NCBI GenBank assembly: GCA_965113315.1
Contig: OZ220368.1
DNA length: 64,000 nucleotides
Reading direction: 5' to 3' (one strand)
Origin: Podarcis vaucheri
Lineage: Eukaryota
Shown here in pieces: positions 47,651 to 60,823 of the stretch. The notes below the pieces were generated by a model. The model worked only from the letters and a program-made list of their open reading frames with translations, ran no database searches and was not told where the DNA came from. Numbering within the stretch: position 1 is the stretch's first letter; each line of letters begins with the position of its first letter. The translations under genes and the position numbers were made by a program.

Positions 47651-49969
47651 ATATTCAAATATGCAGTCCCACTACCTTCAACCAGAAGGTAGCTGCCTTT
47701 CCCCCAGTTTTCTGGAACAGACCAGGAAAAGATATGGCTAAGATAATAGAGACCATCAGTACTAGATTAGATCAATATAACAACACAGCAGAAGAACCGG
47801 AAACAAGAAGAATAGACGCAGGGGAGACTCCCGGGCAGAGACAGGAGGGAAAGTTTGTAAGGGGGGAATGGCTAACTGTCATGAAGAAAATCCAAAAGGA
47901 AAGAGCAGGGGAATCTGAAAGGCAGCATACACAGAAAATATTTGAGGAAGCATTGGTAAAATCACCAATGTTAAGACAAGAGGAGCTGAAACTGGAAATG
48001 GCCTTAATTGGTAGCAGCTTCTTGAGGAGCTTCAGATATGAGTACAGACAGAAAATAGATAAATTTGGGTGAAACACAACAGTGGAGACAGAGAGAAATT
48101 TGGAAGGAAGGGGGGGCTGAAATGGGGAATTATCCTAATGGGAAGCCTCTTTCGGAGGAGCTTTAAATATGCCAAAGTAAGAAAAAAGAATGGGTAACAG
48201 TCTGGAAAATGGTTTTTATTTAGGGGCCAGCAGTTGTAAATAAATTGGGACATCAGCAGATATGGATTAAATGCCTGCAAAAAGCAACAGTAATGATAAT
48301 TTTAGAAGGAGAAATAGTATGAAAGCATAGATGTGTAATGTATAAAGTGGTCTGAATGTTTAAAATATCTGTGCTGTATACCACAAGTTTAATTGTTTAG
48401 TAGCTGGAAAATTGGGTAAAGGGATCTGGAATGTCAGATGATTTGGTTTATTTAAAGAACCAGAAGAGGGGGTGGAGGGAAGTCCGGGGATTTGGGTGTG
48501 CCTTAAGCTACAGGCGATAGGTGTCAGCAGGAAATTAATTTTTCAGGAACTGCAACTGGGCATAACTCTGCTCACCTGACTGACATCTTGCACCTGTTCC
48601 TGCATGTGCATTTCCAAGGAAGGCAGGGAATGTTTGCATGGACATAAAGCTGATATCGTAAGCCAGATCTCTGTCTCTACATGTAAGGCAATGTGGGGCT
48701 TCAGCTTGGAAGGATTCCAAGCCGTTCAAAAGAGCAGCAGCCGCAGCAACTTCCGTCCGTTCGCTGGATCCCTCTGGCCTCCAGGATTTCAGACAGAGTC
48801 TGAAATAAGCCCCTGGCAACGGTAAAAGTGTCTGAGCCAGAACAATTCATTGCACCCAAAAGAAGGTAGCAAAATTGAAGCAGCTGCAGGAAGTTATCTT
48901 TTTAAGGTTCTGCTTGTATGCAAGGCATGCATGGAGAAAAATAAAAGGCTGCAAAGTGTGCTGTGTCATCAATGGCTTTTGGTGTGTTGTAAAAGTTTGA
49001 CCTTGCAGCTGTGGTAGCTTTAAAAAAAGTATAGACATCCGCTTTGCAAACTTGAGAACCAAGCCCCAGAGAGCCCCAGCCTCAGGTTCATGCCAACATG
49101 ATCTGAGAGTTGGTCTTCCCAAGGGTGGCTGAAAATGGGTCAGTTTACCGACAGAAGCAGCAATAATGGCTGGCCTCACCTCTTTTCATGGCTTCTACAG
49201 CTGGTGCAGCAGACTGAATTGGTAGTACTGAATAAGATAACTGTGTGCAGCCACACTTATCTCAGACAAGTAAGTTACACAGGCTGTTAGTATTCTGTCT
49301 CAGTGAGCAGCTGATGACAGAGAGGAGACTGATCTACAAGAGACAAGTCTGATGTGACTTCCTCCAATTTGTTCCAGCACTTATGGGTTACATCATCTGT
49401 ACTTACTTCCAAACCTTGCCCCCCCCCCAAAAAAAAACACCCCCGCTGTGGACAGTCATGTATTATGAAGAGATTTGTGTCCTGCCTTTGCTTCCAGACA
49501 AAACCAAGGTGGCTATTTAAAAAAAAAAAAGAAATCACAAATAATACAATAAAACTGCTTTTTAGCAAATGAAATATTTTTTCTGGATAAAGAGAGTTTG
49601 CATAATGGTTTTCTCTCTCACTCTCTGAAAGGAATTGTTCTTATTTTATTTTTGTTTTTAACATGATAAAATGAGATATGGCCCATCTGGCTTCTCAAGC
49701 ACTAATGAGCACGCCGTGCAACTTCCACCGATAAGAAACACCAAGACAGGAAGTGAGGAGGACTGGAAACATTTACTGCAGAGGGCTGCGGAAAAGCCCT
49801 CTCTGCGTGGATAAGATGCCCCCAGATTCCAGGGACCTTAAAAGCCTTGCCCCAGTTCTAAGTTCACTTACAGTTCCGTCTTGTATGTTTGGTGACTCTT
49901 TTCTGATGACCAGCTACTACCCAAAAGGAAGGTTGGAATGAGAAAGTCTCTGATTTTCATGTCCTAGAC

Positions 49970-50091
49970 CAGACACAGGCAAACTTGGCCCTCCAGAAGT
50001 TTTGGGACTACAACTCCCATCATCCTGATCACTGGTTCTGTTAGCTAGGGAGTCCCAAAACATCTGGAGTTACCGAGTTTGTCTTTGCCTG
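49970..50091. mobile_element. Palindromic hAT MITE with an internal deletion
   Basis: CAGACACAGGCAAACTTGGCCCTCCAG...GAGTTTGTCTTTGCCTG; perfect TCCTAGAC duplication. Confidence 0.88.
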
Positions 50092-52012
50092 TCCTAGACC
50101 CCCAAAACACATTGGTGTCAGGCCTGTTCTTTATACCTGTTAAAGTACCATCAACAAGGAATACTGGTCTTATTTACCTATATGTGCTAGTTATTGTAAG
50201 CATGCTCATGAGTCTTGGGAAAACAGCAGCTCTGTCTTTCAGGCTGGCAGCCTAATGCATTCTTTGGATTGAACCCAATGCATCTTTGGCTAAGCCTATG
50301 GTCTGGTCTCTGAGGCTTTTACATTGAGGCTGAGAGCTATTTCAGCTAGGCCCTTCATACTTCTAACCTATGGGAAGAGTTTATGGATAGACAACGTGTT
50401 CCATCTCACATCTTTGACTGAGGCCCATTGACAGCATCTCTGCCCACTATTTATTTTCAAGGCCGCTGGCTTCCTGAGTTGTGTGTGGACTGGAGAGTTT
50501 AATGAGATGAAAGAGTTTGGAGAATCTGGTGTGAGCAAGGGGGAAATGAATATACTGTCCACAGCACTGTCCCCAAGTATTCTGCTTATGTAGTGGAAAA
50601 CCCTTAAGGAGTCTGTGTTAAAGGTTATTAAGATCTGAAAATTCATCATTTTAAATTACCTCCCAGAATGCCTTCTCTTATGCTAGAACTAGAGGGGTCA
50701 GGGGTTTTTTTCTTGCTGGAATGGGAATTTGCTGTTTTAATGACTCTGCCTTTCTACTGTCTGTTTAGCCCCTGCTGTGCTTCCGAGGAGCAATGCTCAG
50801 ATTTCATTATTCATAGGTGAAAGCCAGAATAGCTGGACACAACAGGAACCTTTAGCTTTCACATAGATGACATATATCTATGGAGACTAATAGTAACCCT
50901 CACTAATGGCTTGGTTTAGTCTAGTAGGGCAGAATCACCCACTGGATTGCTAGAAGAGACAGAACTGAAGGCTTGTTTGGTTTGGGAGCTAAATAATATT
51001 CCAGGTTTAAAACTGTCATGTGGAAGAGTGGTCCACAAGTATCTCACTGGAGGGCAGAATATCTGATTATAAGCCATGGGGGGGGGGGGGAGCACAGTCG
51101 CAGTCTCCAGCCCTGGATCTTGCTCAAATTGTGATGTAAGCAGGGTGACTCACTGTATTCTGGAAAATTTATGGTACCTGCGCAAGGATGTCGCTAAAAT
51201 TTTCGTTTTGGTCTATCCAGCTGCTGCTGCTGCTTCTTCAAAATAAAATAAAATAAAACCAGTTTCTATCATTAAATGCACAGAACAATCAGAGTTGAGA
51301 CCGGATGTCCCATATTCACTCACTTGGGATTAGCTTGAATCGCAAATTGCTCCTCTATTCATGTAAGCGTCAGTTGCATTCATGGAAGGAAAGTTAGAAC
51401 CAAGACACTGTAAGATAAACAGACTGTGACCTTGAGGTGAAGCATGGGTGATAAATTATAGCAGTAGTAATAACAAATTATTAAATTTGTCCCCAAATGT
51501 TGCTTTTATATGAGGACACAAGTAAGGGAGGGAGGAGAGGAAATCTGGGTATGAAAACAGAAAAATAGACATACCCCAGTTGGTATCTTTACTGGATTTC
51601 AAACTATTTTATATATGTGTGTGTCTGCTATTGTTTGTTTTATATGCATATTTATTTTTAACTTTTATATATATATATATATGCAGTTGTTCCTTATATA
51701 AGTTTTCATTGCATTGCAAATTGATTTGGGATCCCTTATTTGAAGTAAATCAACAATGAAATAAATAACAAGCATTTTGCTTTCCCTTCATCTCATCCCA
51801 TAACAGCAAAATCCAACATTTAATCTCCAGTTAAGTTTGCAAGGCACTGAGTGGAAGCAATGGAGCCTTTGGGATTTTTAGCTGTAGCAATATTTCATCT
51901 GCTGTGCGTGGAGGATCATTTAAGAAAGGGGAGCTGCTAAACAACACAGCTGGGGAGAATACCTGTGAAATATCCATGCAGATGCTGAATGTCAGAGAAT
52001 CTTTGTAGAATC

Positions 52013-52385
52013 TTTTTTTGTAAATAATTTTTTATTATTTTTTCACAGTTACATTTTCACAGACAAAAACAGTAATTAACTCACATTTCTACCAAATCTA
52101 AATTTATACAAGTACCTTTACACAAACTTTCTCTTTGAGATTATTTAAATCTCTGGACTTCCCTCCATACCATCTCCTGATTCCTTATATTAACCAAGTT
52201 CTTCTGCATTTCCATAATTATACCTTTCCAATTATTATTTCCCTTAATTTTATCTCGTTTTCTGCTAGTTGCAAGCATTTATTTAAAATCCTGCCAACAT
52301 AGCCAACTTGTTGACAGTATTTTTGCACATAAACATAAACAATTCCCACACTTTTTTAAACTTCTCGTTGTCATCGTCTCTTTGT
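52013..52385 (-). mobile_element. L1/Tx1-like LINE 3' end
   Basis: Poly(T)/TTTATT tail. The minus strand encodes frameshifted fragments DDDNEKFKKVWELF...YVQKYCQQVG...LAGF*, resembling squamate L1 ORF2 termini; GGAGGGAAGTC UTR motif. Confidence 0.55.
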
Positions 52386-52876
52386 CTCATTTCTCTACCA
52401 GATTGCATGCCTTCCAGATTTCCCAGCTGTCCCTCCTTCCCCTGGAAAGGGCAGTTTCCTGGTTGCCTGAAAACAACTAATTAAATTAAGCCTTCTTCAT
52501 TTTGGAACTGCAACATCAAGCCAAGTCAGGGCTATGGAGATACTGGCAGTGTTGGAAGCTGGAATATTGGCTGTCCCTCTTTGATGTAGAGAAAAGGCGC
52601 TCCTGGGAGTTATAATACTGCACCCTAAGGGAGGAAATACTGCGTGTGCATCTGAACCAGAAGTTATCTTGCTCCTGCTTTAGTGCTTTATTTACGCTAG
52701 TAGATTAGGAGAAGTTCCCTGAGAGGATTCATATGTGCAGCCAAACAAAATGCAGGCCCTGTGTTGGTTCTGCTGCTGCCCGCTTTTGTATACAGTAGCA
52801 GATGGAGGTGGGGTCAGGGTGACTCAGTTGAAAGAGCAGATGCATTCCTAGGCCTAAGATGTTTGGGTACAAGGCT

Positions 52877-53012
52877 CAGGCACCCCCAAACTCGGCCCTC
52901 CAGATGTTTTGGGACTACAACTCCCATCATCCCTAGCTAACAGGACCAGTGGTCAGAGATGATGGGAATTGTAGTTCCAAAACATCTGGAGGGCCGAGTT
53001 TGGGGATGCCTG
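52877..53012. mobile_element. Palindromic hAT MITE, 136 bp
   Basis: CAGGCACCCCCAAACTCGGCCCTCCAGATGTTTTGG...CCAAAACATCTGGAGGGCCGAGTTTGGGGATGCCTG; no clean target duplication. Confidence 0.88.
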
Positions 53013-54097
53013 GCTTAGACGTCCCACTAGAGTATGCCAATGAAGATGCAATTTTTCATACTGATTAGTTGAGTGCTGGGTCCTTTCTACATGAAATATT
53101 TCATAATATCAGTTCCCATGTGCTTTTTCATGACTTTCAACATAGTAAAACCCACAGTGGACATTCTGTAGAATGGCTCCCCCCCCCCAATTAGGCCCCA
53201 TGTATTTACATTTCTCCCCCTTAGGGAATGCTTAAAATAGTGATTGTTTTTCTGCCCAGCTCTTTATTATGAGCTGCGCTGAGGCAAGGATGCAATGCAG
53301 AACATTTCTGATTGAGGGCACAAAGCTCTAAGGATTCCTCCATCTGTCCTTGCTGAGGGGAAGAGCACACTCATTATCCTCACCCAAACAAAACAAAACA
53401 AAAAACAAAACTCGGAAATGGCAGATGGGCTTTAAGAAACGGAGAAGCCTCCTCATATTCCAGCATTTTCACCATCAGGCAGTTCCTATAGAAGAAACTC
53501 ATTAGGTTTGAGGGTCTTGCTTGGCAAACCATAGGCCATAGCTCCATGGTAGAGTACACTATTGCACACCACCCCAATCTCTAAGCGGTGCAAGATTGCA
53601 CAGGTCCAGCTACTTACTCAGAGTTCGTGTTTCCTTTGGAAATGAGGCACAGCAGAGACCGTGGTGCCTTTATGAAATATGGTTTATTTACACATATATA
53701 CAACCTGAACCTACAATGGAGGGGCTCATAGCACTGATACCCCAAAAGGGGTCTTGCTTCTCCTATAGTCACATCAGCCTTGGATTCAAAAAGACTCCAG
53801 CCAAGGCTCAGCCTCTCTCCAGATTGCTGCAACTATTCCCCTCCCCTGCCCCCAGCCCACATCATCCCCCACTGCAATCCTAAACTTTCCACTTTGCTTT
53901 TGGCTCTGCTAACTATCTCAGAGCTCAGGAAGGGACTACATCCATTTCTGGCTGGCACAGGTGTATTGGCATATATAAGAATCATATATATAGCATATAT
54001 TGCACTTTCGCCTTCTTTTTTCACTTTATTTTGTACAACTGAAAAAACTTTTTAAAAAAAGTTTAAGCCACCTTGAGTCGTGGTTCTGGGGAAAAGG

Positions 54098-54107
54098 AAT
54101 AATAATA

Positions 54108-54139
<32 letters not shown>
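54098..54139. repeat. Compound (AAT)4(GAT)10 microsatellite, probably the tail of an L2-type retroposon
   Basis: Direct reading; preceded by AAGCCACCTTGAGTC..GGGGAAAAGG. Confidence 0.9.
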
Positions 54140-57100
54140 AAGGAATAAGCCTCACTAAACTCAGTGGATCTTACATCTGAGTGGACTTGAATAGGGTTCT
54201 GCTGTTGGCAGCTAATTTGCTAGCACAAAATCACCCTCCGTCCTTCCATGAAATGTGAGTCGCTGCTTCTCTTTGGTGCTTCTCTTTAGAGCTTAAATTC
54301 TCAACAGAAGGCTGGTGTTCTAATGGCAACTCTTTGCAGAACAGTTCCACGTGTGGAATCTTGATCGGAAGGTGGAGCCCCCAGTCACTGAACCCCACGC
54401 TTCTAACAACACTGCTATGTTTAAAAGCAATCAGGAAGCAAAGTCGGGTGGCAGCCAGCCCTCAAACCATCCGAGCCTTGGCTGAGCTCCAGCCATTGTG
54501 TGCCCTATAAGCAATGCACTCAGTTATGCAGCACCAAACCGGTCCTTTCCACTGCAGCAGCTGAAGCTGCAACCACAAAGGATAACTTCATGGGCGGACA
54601 GTGGGGTGCTTGTAACCTGAGCACACAGCCTGTATTGTGGGTCCAGGAGCCAGATGGCACCTCCTACACTCTAGCATTTGCACCAAAAACCATTTCTTCT
54701 CCAAAGGAGGGATATTGTGCTGGCCATTTTCAAGCTTTTCTTGAAAATTTCATAAAACAGAAATGGACTTGACATCTGAAGAGGCAGGATGACTCTCCTC
54801 TTCAATTGAGATTTTGACAGTAACGGTGTACAGATGGGCCTGTGTTGGGTGGGTGACCACATGTTTCATATTTCTACTCTTTGGTTGTGTGAACTAGCCC
54901 TAAATTACAAAGGAGCCAGTTTTGTTGATCACAAGCATCATGGAGGCTGGATGAATAGAAAGCCACCTGCATTCTGTTGGCACTTTTTATTTTATATTTA
55001 AATTCCTCTACAGTACTTCAAAGTCTTAGCAAAAAAATGTCTTCTTGTTGTCTTAAGAGTTTTAGGAAATGGGATATTTACCATACTGCTCAGTTGCTAT
55101 TCTTCTTTTTTTAAAAAAGAAGACTGTCTTGTTTAGCTGCGCTTGTTGTTTTGTAATGTTGAAATGATCACCAGTCTCCCATCCTTTCAACTACTTTCCT
55201 CCTTAGCAATATAAAATATCCCAGATGTACCATGGTCTGTCTAGCCCAGGATTGTGTCTAAAGACTCAGGTGTCAATCACCTGCCATATTGGTGCACCAG
55301 GGTGGGGAAGATAAAGATCTGGCCTACTGAGCCAGAGAGATTTACTGGTACTTTGTCTGCCCTAGAAAGTAGTGTGGAGTGTTATTCCATCCCCCTGTTA
55401 CATAACTGATAAGTTCAACAGCAAATTCCCGCCTGCTGTCTTCATGAAGTCCCAAAGCTAGTTTTGCCATGGCACCTGTTTCCTTCTGAGTTCCAACAAT
55501 GATGTTCTGAACTAGTTAATGCTGTTGAAGCTGGGAGTTTGACTGACTTTACAAACCCTGAAGCAAACCTGTCAAGAATTGATAAAGACTGGACTGAAAC
55601 AAATTGACCCATCTCTTGTTGGACTAATGGTCTGACAGATTCCTGTGTTTCTAGGTCTCCCCAACCACTTTACTCTTAGGATCAGATAGAAGGAGTGTGT
55701 TCAGCTGGGAGAAAATGGGTGAGGAGATAAGCTGCAGCAGGAGAAGAGGGTTCAGTGCTTCTCACCCTTTTGCTCTTACAAGCAGGCCTCATTCAGTGCT
55801 TTCTGTGTGATAGGAACTCACCAGCATTTAAAAGAGGGGTCATAAGGTCTAGTTTTAGTCTGTTGAGGGAGGAAAGCAAAGTACCTGTGGGCTCTGTGAA
55901 AATTGGTGCCAATTGGCAAGGTATGCCAAATAAGAGTTCTGTTATTTATAGAAGAATCAAGCACTGGTGTGTATCAAGACAATAGGCCTAGGTGAGTTGC
56001 ATTTCTTATCCCTATGTGGGGGTTTTTAACCCAGCAAGACTGTGCGCCATATATAACCCTTTAAAACCCCCAGTCTTTTAATGTTCACTTGGTTTGAAAA
56101 TTAAAGACATGGGCAGCAGCAAGAAAAATCTTGCAAACAATCTTTTTTTCCATTTGGAAAATATTTTATAATTCTAAAACAATTCATTCATTTTGCCATT
56201 AAACCATTTTTAATGGTTTAAAATATTCAGTCCTTTACTGTCAAAATGCGGAAGCACTGTGAACTCCAGTAATAGTGGTTAATGCTTTAAATCTGCAAAT
56301 GACATCTACTTGTTCAATGCATAATAACAGATGAATAGAAAGTCAGTCTTTTACACCATAAAGTATTCAGCCTGACATTCAAGGCTGAGTGGAAAGGAGC
56401 CTTTAGTGTATGATTGATAGGAAAATCAGGGAAATTTCTTTGCAGTCTGCTGACGTAGAAATCCATCTATCAAGGGAAGGGGAGCTCAAAACATCTGGCT
56501 GTAAATTCTGTTGCATTGTTTCAGTGCCAAAAATCATCACCTTCTCTAGGCAATGACTTTGCCATGTGTACTTTTTGGCATGATGGGAACAAAATCAACT
56601 AGAGTTTGGTAATTAGCTGCTCCAAACCGACAAGATGTCAAAGCTAATCTTAGCCCATTGGAAAGAAGCGCAGAACAAGAGAAATGAATTAAGGCAGAAA
56701 TTATGAGAAGCTGTCAAATTAGTAAATCCAATTTGAGAATTCATTTGTGTGGACTATGTCATGCAGCCTTGCTGACAATGATCCTCGGGCTACTCTAGAT
56801 AATATGTTGGATAGTAAAAACATATTAAATATTTAGGATAACTGTGGCATTAGGGTTCAGTGTGAGTCAGAGTTCAGCCCAAGAATCTATATTTGTTGCT
56901 CAAGCTCTCTCAGGCCTGAGACATGTGAATGACTGTTATATAAAATAGTATCTCTGAGCATGTAACTCACCACTGGGGAATGACAAGAGACTCCCACACA
57001 ATCAAGTTGAGAGGCAGGGCTTCTGCACCTTCCAGAAAGCTTTGGACTGAACTTAAGCACAGTATTCAATATTTATGAAATCAGTCTTTGGACTGGTTTG

Positions 57101-58020
57101 CATTTTGATATGACAGGACCAAGCCACCAAAATAGCTACTTCATTCTAATTCAAATGTGTACCTCTTAAAGAGCTTGCAATGCAAGTAAAATGTACTGTA
57201 GATTCAAAGTACTTCAAGCCAGTGAAATGTCATGCTGGAAAATGTGCATGGCTAAAAGGGTGGGCTTATACCTACATGTGGGCAAGTGTTGGTAGTTATT
57301 CGCTTCCATATGCCCATATTCATTCCCAAGCCTTTCATCCAGCAGTGGGAGAATAGAGCAGCAATGCCTTGGAGAGCAACACTGAGACCGTTTTTCAGAG
57401 CAGGACCAGTGCTGTCATCTACTGGATGAGTTAGGTGCTCCTGCGAGTGAGGTGTTAATGAGGCTTTTGAGTTTGTTTGGATGGATTAGCACAGCGGAAG
57501 CAAAGAATGAGGAAAATAATCCAGTAAGCACTAGATATATCCTTCCTTTTCTTTGATGGGTTCCTACTTCATGCAAACTGTTTAAATGGTAGCAGTTCTT
57601 TACAAGATGCTTTGCCTTTTTCATTAAAAGCGAAGGATTGCATTTCAGGGGGAGGAAAATGCGCTAAAGCTCAATGCACAATCTCCTTTTGTGCAACTGT
57701 TCTGCGCCACTGACTTCTCCTTGAAGCAAACTCACAGGAGTCCATAAACCTTTGCCTACTCCGCCAAAGGACAAAGTTGGTGTTAGAAATATAAAGTTGG
57801 TGTGCCTATGCAAGCAAATATCTGTGTCCCTTTTGCTCACATATGTAGGAAGAGTATCCTCCGGAACCCGAAATGTGTTTCCCCAACAATTCTATTTGCT
57901 CCCAGCTGTTTACACAGGCTGCATGATGGAGGTGAAGAAAGGTGTGAAGCCCTAAGGTAGGGCCCTCCAGATGTGATTGGTCTTCAGCAAGCATGGCTAA
58001 TGGTCAGGGATGATGGAGTC

Positions 58021-58156
58021 CAGACACAGGCAAACTCGGCCCTCCTGATGTTTTGGGACTTCAGTTCCTATCATCCCTGACCACTCGTCCTGTTAGCTAG
58101 GGATCATGGGAATTGTACTCCCAAAACATCTGGAGGGCCAAATTTGCCTATGCCTG
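58021..58156. mobile_element. Palindromic hAT MITE, 136 bp, nested in an older related MITE
   Basis: CAGACACAGGCAAACTCGGCCC...GGGCCAAATTTGCCTATGCCTG; perfect ATGGAGTC duplication. Confidence 0.88.
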
Positions 58157-59178
58157 ATGGAGTCCAACAACTCCTGAACTGGTTTTCCAATATAAATAAT
58201 GCCCTCACTCCCCAGTTGTTATTTGACCTGCAGGTGAAAACTGTTCCTTGGCAAATAGAAGCTTGGGGAAAATTTAGATTGGGAAGATGGCCTAGGAGAA
58301 AAGGGTTAAACCTCTTTTCTCCCACTGCTACTATGGGTTGCCATATCTGCTTTGACCTAGAAATCAACCAAGCCTGGGAAATCCAACCACACACACCTAG
58401 CATCTGTTCTAGCTTGGCCCTTAGTAGGAAGACCAGATCAGAACAACATTACTCACTGCACTTTGAATAGTCTAAGGACAGACATTCTAAATGGCCTGCA
58501 GCATTTTCTGTTGTGTGTGAGAGCACTTCTGTTGCTCTGGGACTAGGAGCATTGCTCATGAACTCCACAGAATTGCATTGTCAGAGGTACTGCTTCCTTG
58601 TTGCCCTGAATGTGCACCTTCTCCTTTGCTTTTGTACCTCCTGCTGTAAAATGAACAGATTTAGAGATGGAAAAGAGGGGGCACAATTTAAGCTTCTATT
58701 TCTTTTTAAAAATTCATTAAGGAGAATTGATTTCTGAAGGAGGAGGCTAGGTTTATTTTTTTTTACCTGAAAAAAATAAGGCTATTGCATCCTAAAAATA
58801 GGTACCAAAGATCACATTCCTGAGAAAACTGTATAGCTTGTTTTGTTCTCTCTCACACACTGACAACTGGCCTAGGCTTTCTGGTCACTGATGAATGGTT
58901 GGGTTTGGGGAGCTGTCATTTTAATTACCCAGTGCCTCCAGTGTAGTGTCACTCCTGGGCGTTGTGGGTAAATAAAATGGCAGCTCTGTGGGAAATTGAG
59001 ATGGCAGGCATGCCTTGTTGGCATGGGGGAGGAGAAGCCCACCAGAAGTCATCTTGCCAAGAGTCCCCTGAAATCTGGAGCCAGGCTTGCAAGGTATCAG
59101 CTGATGATTATGTGGGCCACCCCAAGATCATAAGCAGACACCGTTCTTTCAAGGTATGGTCTGAAGGTACACCAGGCT

Positions 59179-59298
59179 GAAACTAAGCAGGTCTTGATCC
59201 AAGCAGTGACTGGATGGGTGACCACCTGGAAGCCAGAGGCCACCTTGGGTTCAGTGAAGGAAGAAAAGTGAGGTATAATTGTAAGAAAAATGAATAAA
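59179..59298 (+). mobile_element. 5S rRNA-derived SINE remnant
   Basis: GAAACTAAGCAGG...GTGACTGGATGGGTGACCACCTGGAA resembles 5S GAAGCTAAGCAGGG...GTACTTGGATGGGAGACCGCCTGGGA (boxes A and C); followed by an L2-like tail. Confidence 0.55.
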
Positions 59299-59473
59299 CA
59301 AATGGTGCTTGTGGTGATATAAGACACTATGAAAATACTGTCAGAACTGTTGTTCAATTGCAAATCATCCCTCACTCTTACAGCCATCAAAGAATGAAAC
59401 TGAATATGCATATGTGAACAGACTGGTGAGATCTACCACTTATGGACCAACATGCTTTCTAAAATTGGGCAAG

Positions 59474-59478
<5 letters not shown>

Positions 59479-59510
<32 letters not shown>
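59479..59510. repeat. (TC)16 microsatellite
   Basis: Direct reading. Confidence 0.95.
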
Positions 59511-59513
<3 letters not shown>

Positions 59514-60489
59514 AACCCTCGTAAGGTCTCTCGGCTTACTTGGAGGTAGGAACCAAATTCATCCAGCGCACATCAGCAGCGTGACCCTGATCTCAGCTGA
59601 AACCCTTAAGCCCTGTTGTACAACAAATAATGATTAACAGAGAGGAAAGTGCTCGGGGGTCCTTCGGGAGTAAGAGAAACACAACATTCTGCTTTGATTT
59701 GCTTAGCCTTTCAAGCAAGAAACGTCAAGCTGCTATGTCAGTGTGGCTAACTAAGCTCTGAGGCAAACTCGCTGGGGTTTTTATCCTGAATGGCCTATTG
59801 AAAATGACAGCACAGGGATCCCCTGCAGGATAATCTCTCCTCTGAATGAATATTTGATATGAGGGCTATCCCTTTATAACTGTCTGTGTCACTACCAACT
59901 ATTAATCTGCAAAAGAAATTACAAGATCGGGCATATCTAGGGCAGAGGGCGAAGGCCAGGCTGTGCCAAAGCAGGGAGTCACCTAATCGCTGAGTATAAC
60001 TGAAGCGTGAGATGTACTACGAGATTACAAACATACAAGGTGCAGGAACATCTCGCATTATGGCAAGCCATGGGATTTTTTAATGCCTGGGTGACCTAAC
60101 AATGTTTGGTAGGGTGCTGTTTTCCACATAGTGCAAAACTGTGTGCTTGCAGACAAGCAAAGAGATAGGCAGGAGATATTGTGGGCCACCATAAGAAAAA
60201 AGAGCTTGTATGCTTTATGTTGGTTGTGGCTATGCTTGTTATTGTACAAAATTGGAATGTTTCAATAGAGTTGCCCATAGATTTTTGGTACAGTAAGCCT
60301 TGGAAGACAGCAGTAGCAGAGAAGCCGAGCTGGCCATCAGATACATGCGATCAAAGGGCTAGTGAAACCAGAAACATACCTTGCTGCCTGGAATGGCTAT
60401 CTTCCTTATGCTATGAAAGCTAATACAAGATGATTTCCTAAAAATATGTTTCAGTTTGGAAAAATGAATAGCAGGCAAGGCCATAAGTA

Positions 60490-60823
60490 GGTATGACGAA
60501 GATTAGGAATGTATACTAAGTTTGACCATTGGTCCTCTAGCTCAGTAGTGCCTACATCCGGCTTCCTCAAACTCGGCCCTCCAGATGTTTTTGGCCTACA
60601 ACTCCCATGATCCCTAGCTAGCAGGACCAGTGGTCAGGGATGATGGGAACCGTAGTCTCAAAACATCTGGAGGGCCAAGTTTGAGGAAGCGTGGCCTACA
60701 CTGACAGGTAGTAGCTCTCCAGGCTTTCAAGACTAGGATCTCTCCCAGCCCTACCTAGAGATGTCAGAGACTGAACCTTGGACCGTCTGCATTCTGATAT
60801 ATCACTGAGCTGTAGTCCTTCCC
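60490..60823 (-). mobile_element. tRNA-derived SINE interrupted by a hAT MITE
   Basis: GACCATTGGTCCTCTAGCTCAGTAGTGCCTACA|...|GCCTACACTGAC..CTCTCCAGG..CTCCCAGCCCTACCT..CACTGAGCTGTAGTCCTTCCCC. Confidence 0.75.
60558..60693. mobile_element. Palindromic hAT MITE, 136 bp
   Basis: CCGGCTTCCTCAAACTCGGCCCTCCAGATG...CATCTGGAGGGCCAAGTTTGAGGAAGCGTG; flanks GCCTACAT / GCCTACAC; same subfamily as 47197. Confidence 0.9.

Noticed and set aside
59179-59235. 5S rRNA gene
   Set aside because: Only a partial, heavily diverged match followed by a retroposon-like tail.
47197-60693. CRISPR-like or pre-miRNA interpretation of the recurring palindromes
   Set aside because: Dispersed copies with inverted termini and 8-bp target duplications are hAT MITEs; there is no regular repeat-spacer array and the DNA is eukaryotic.
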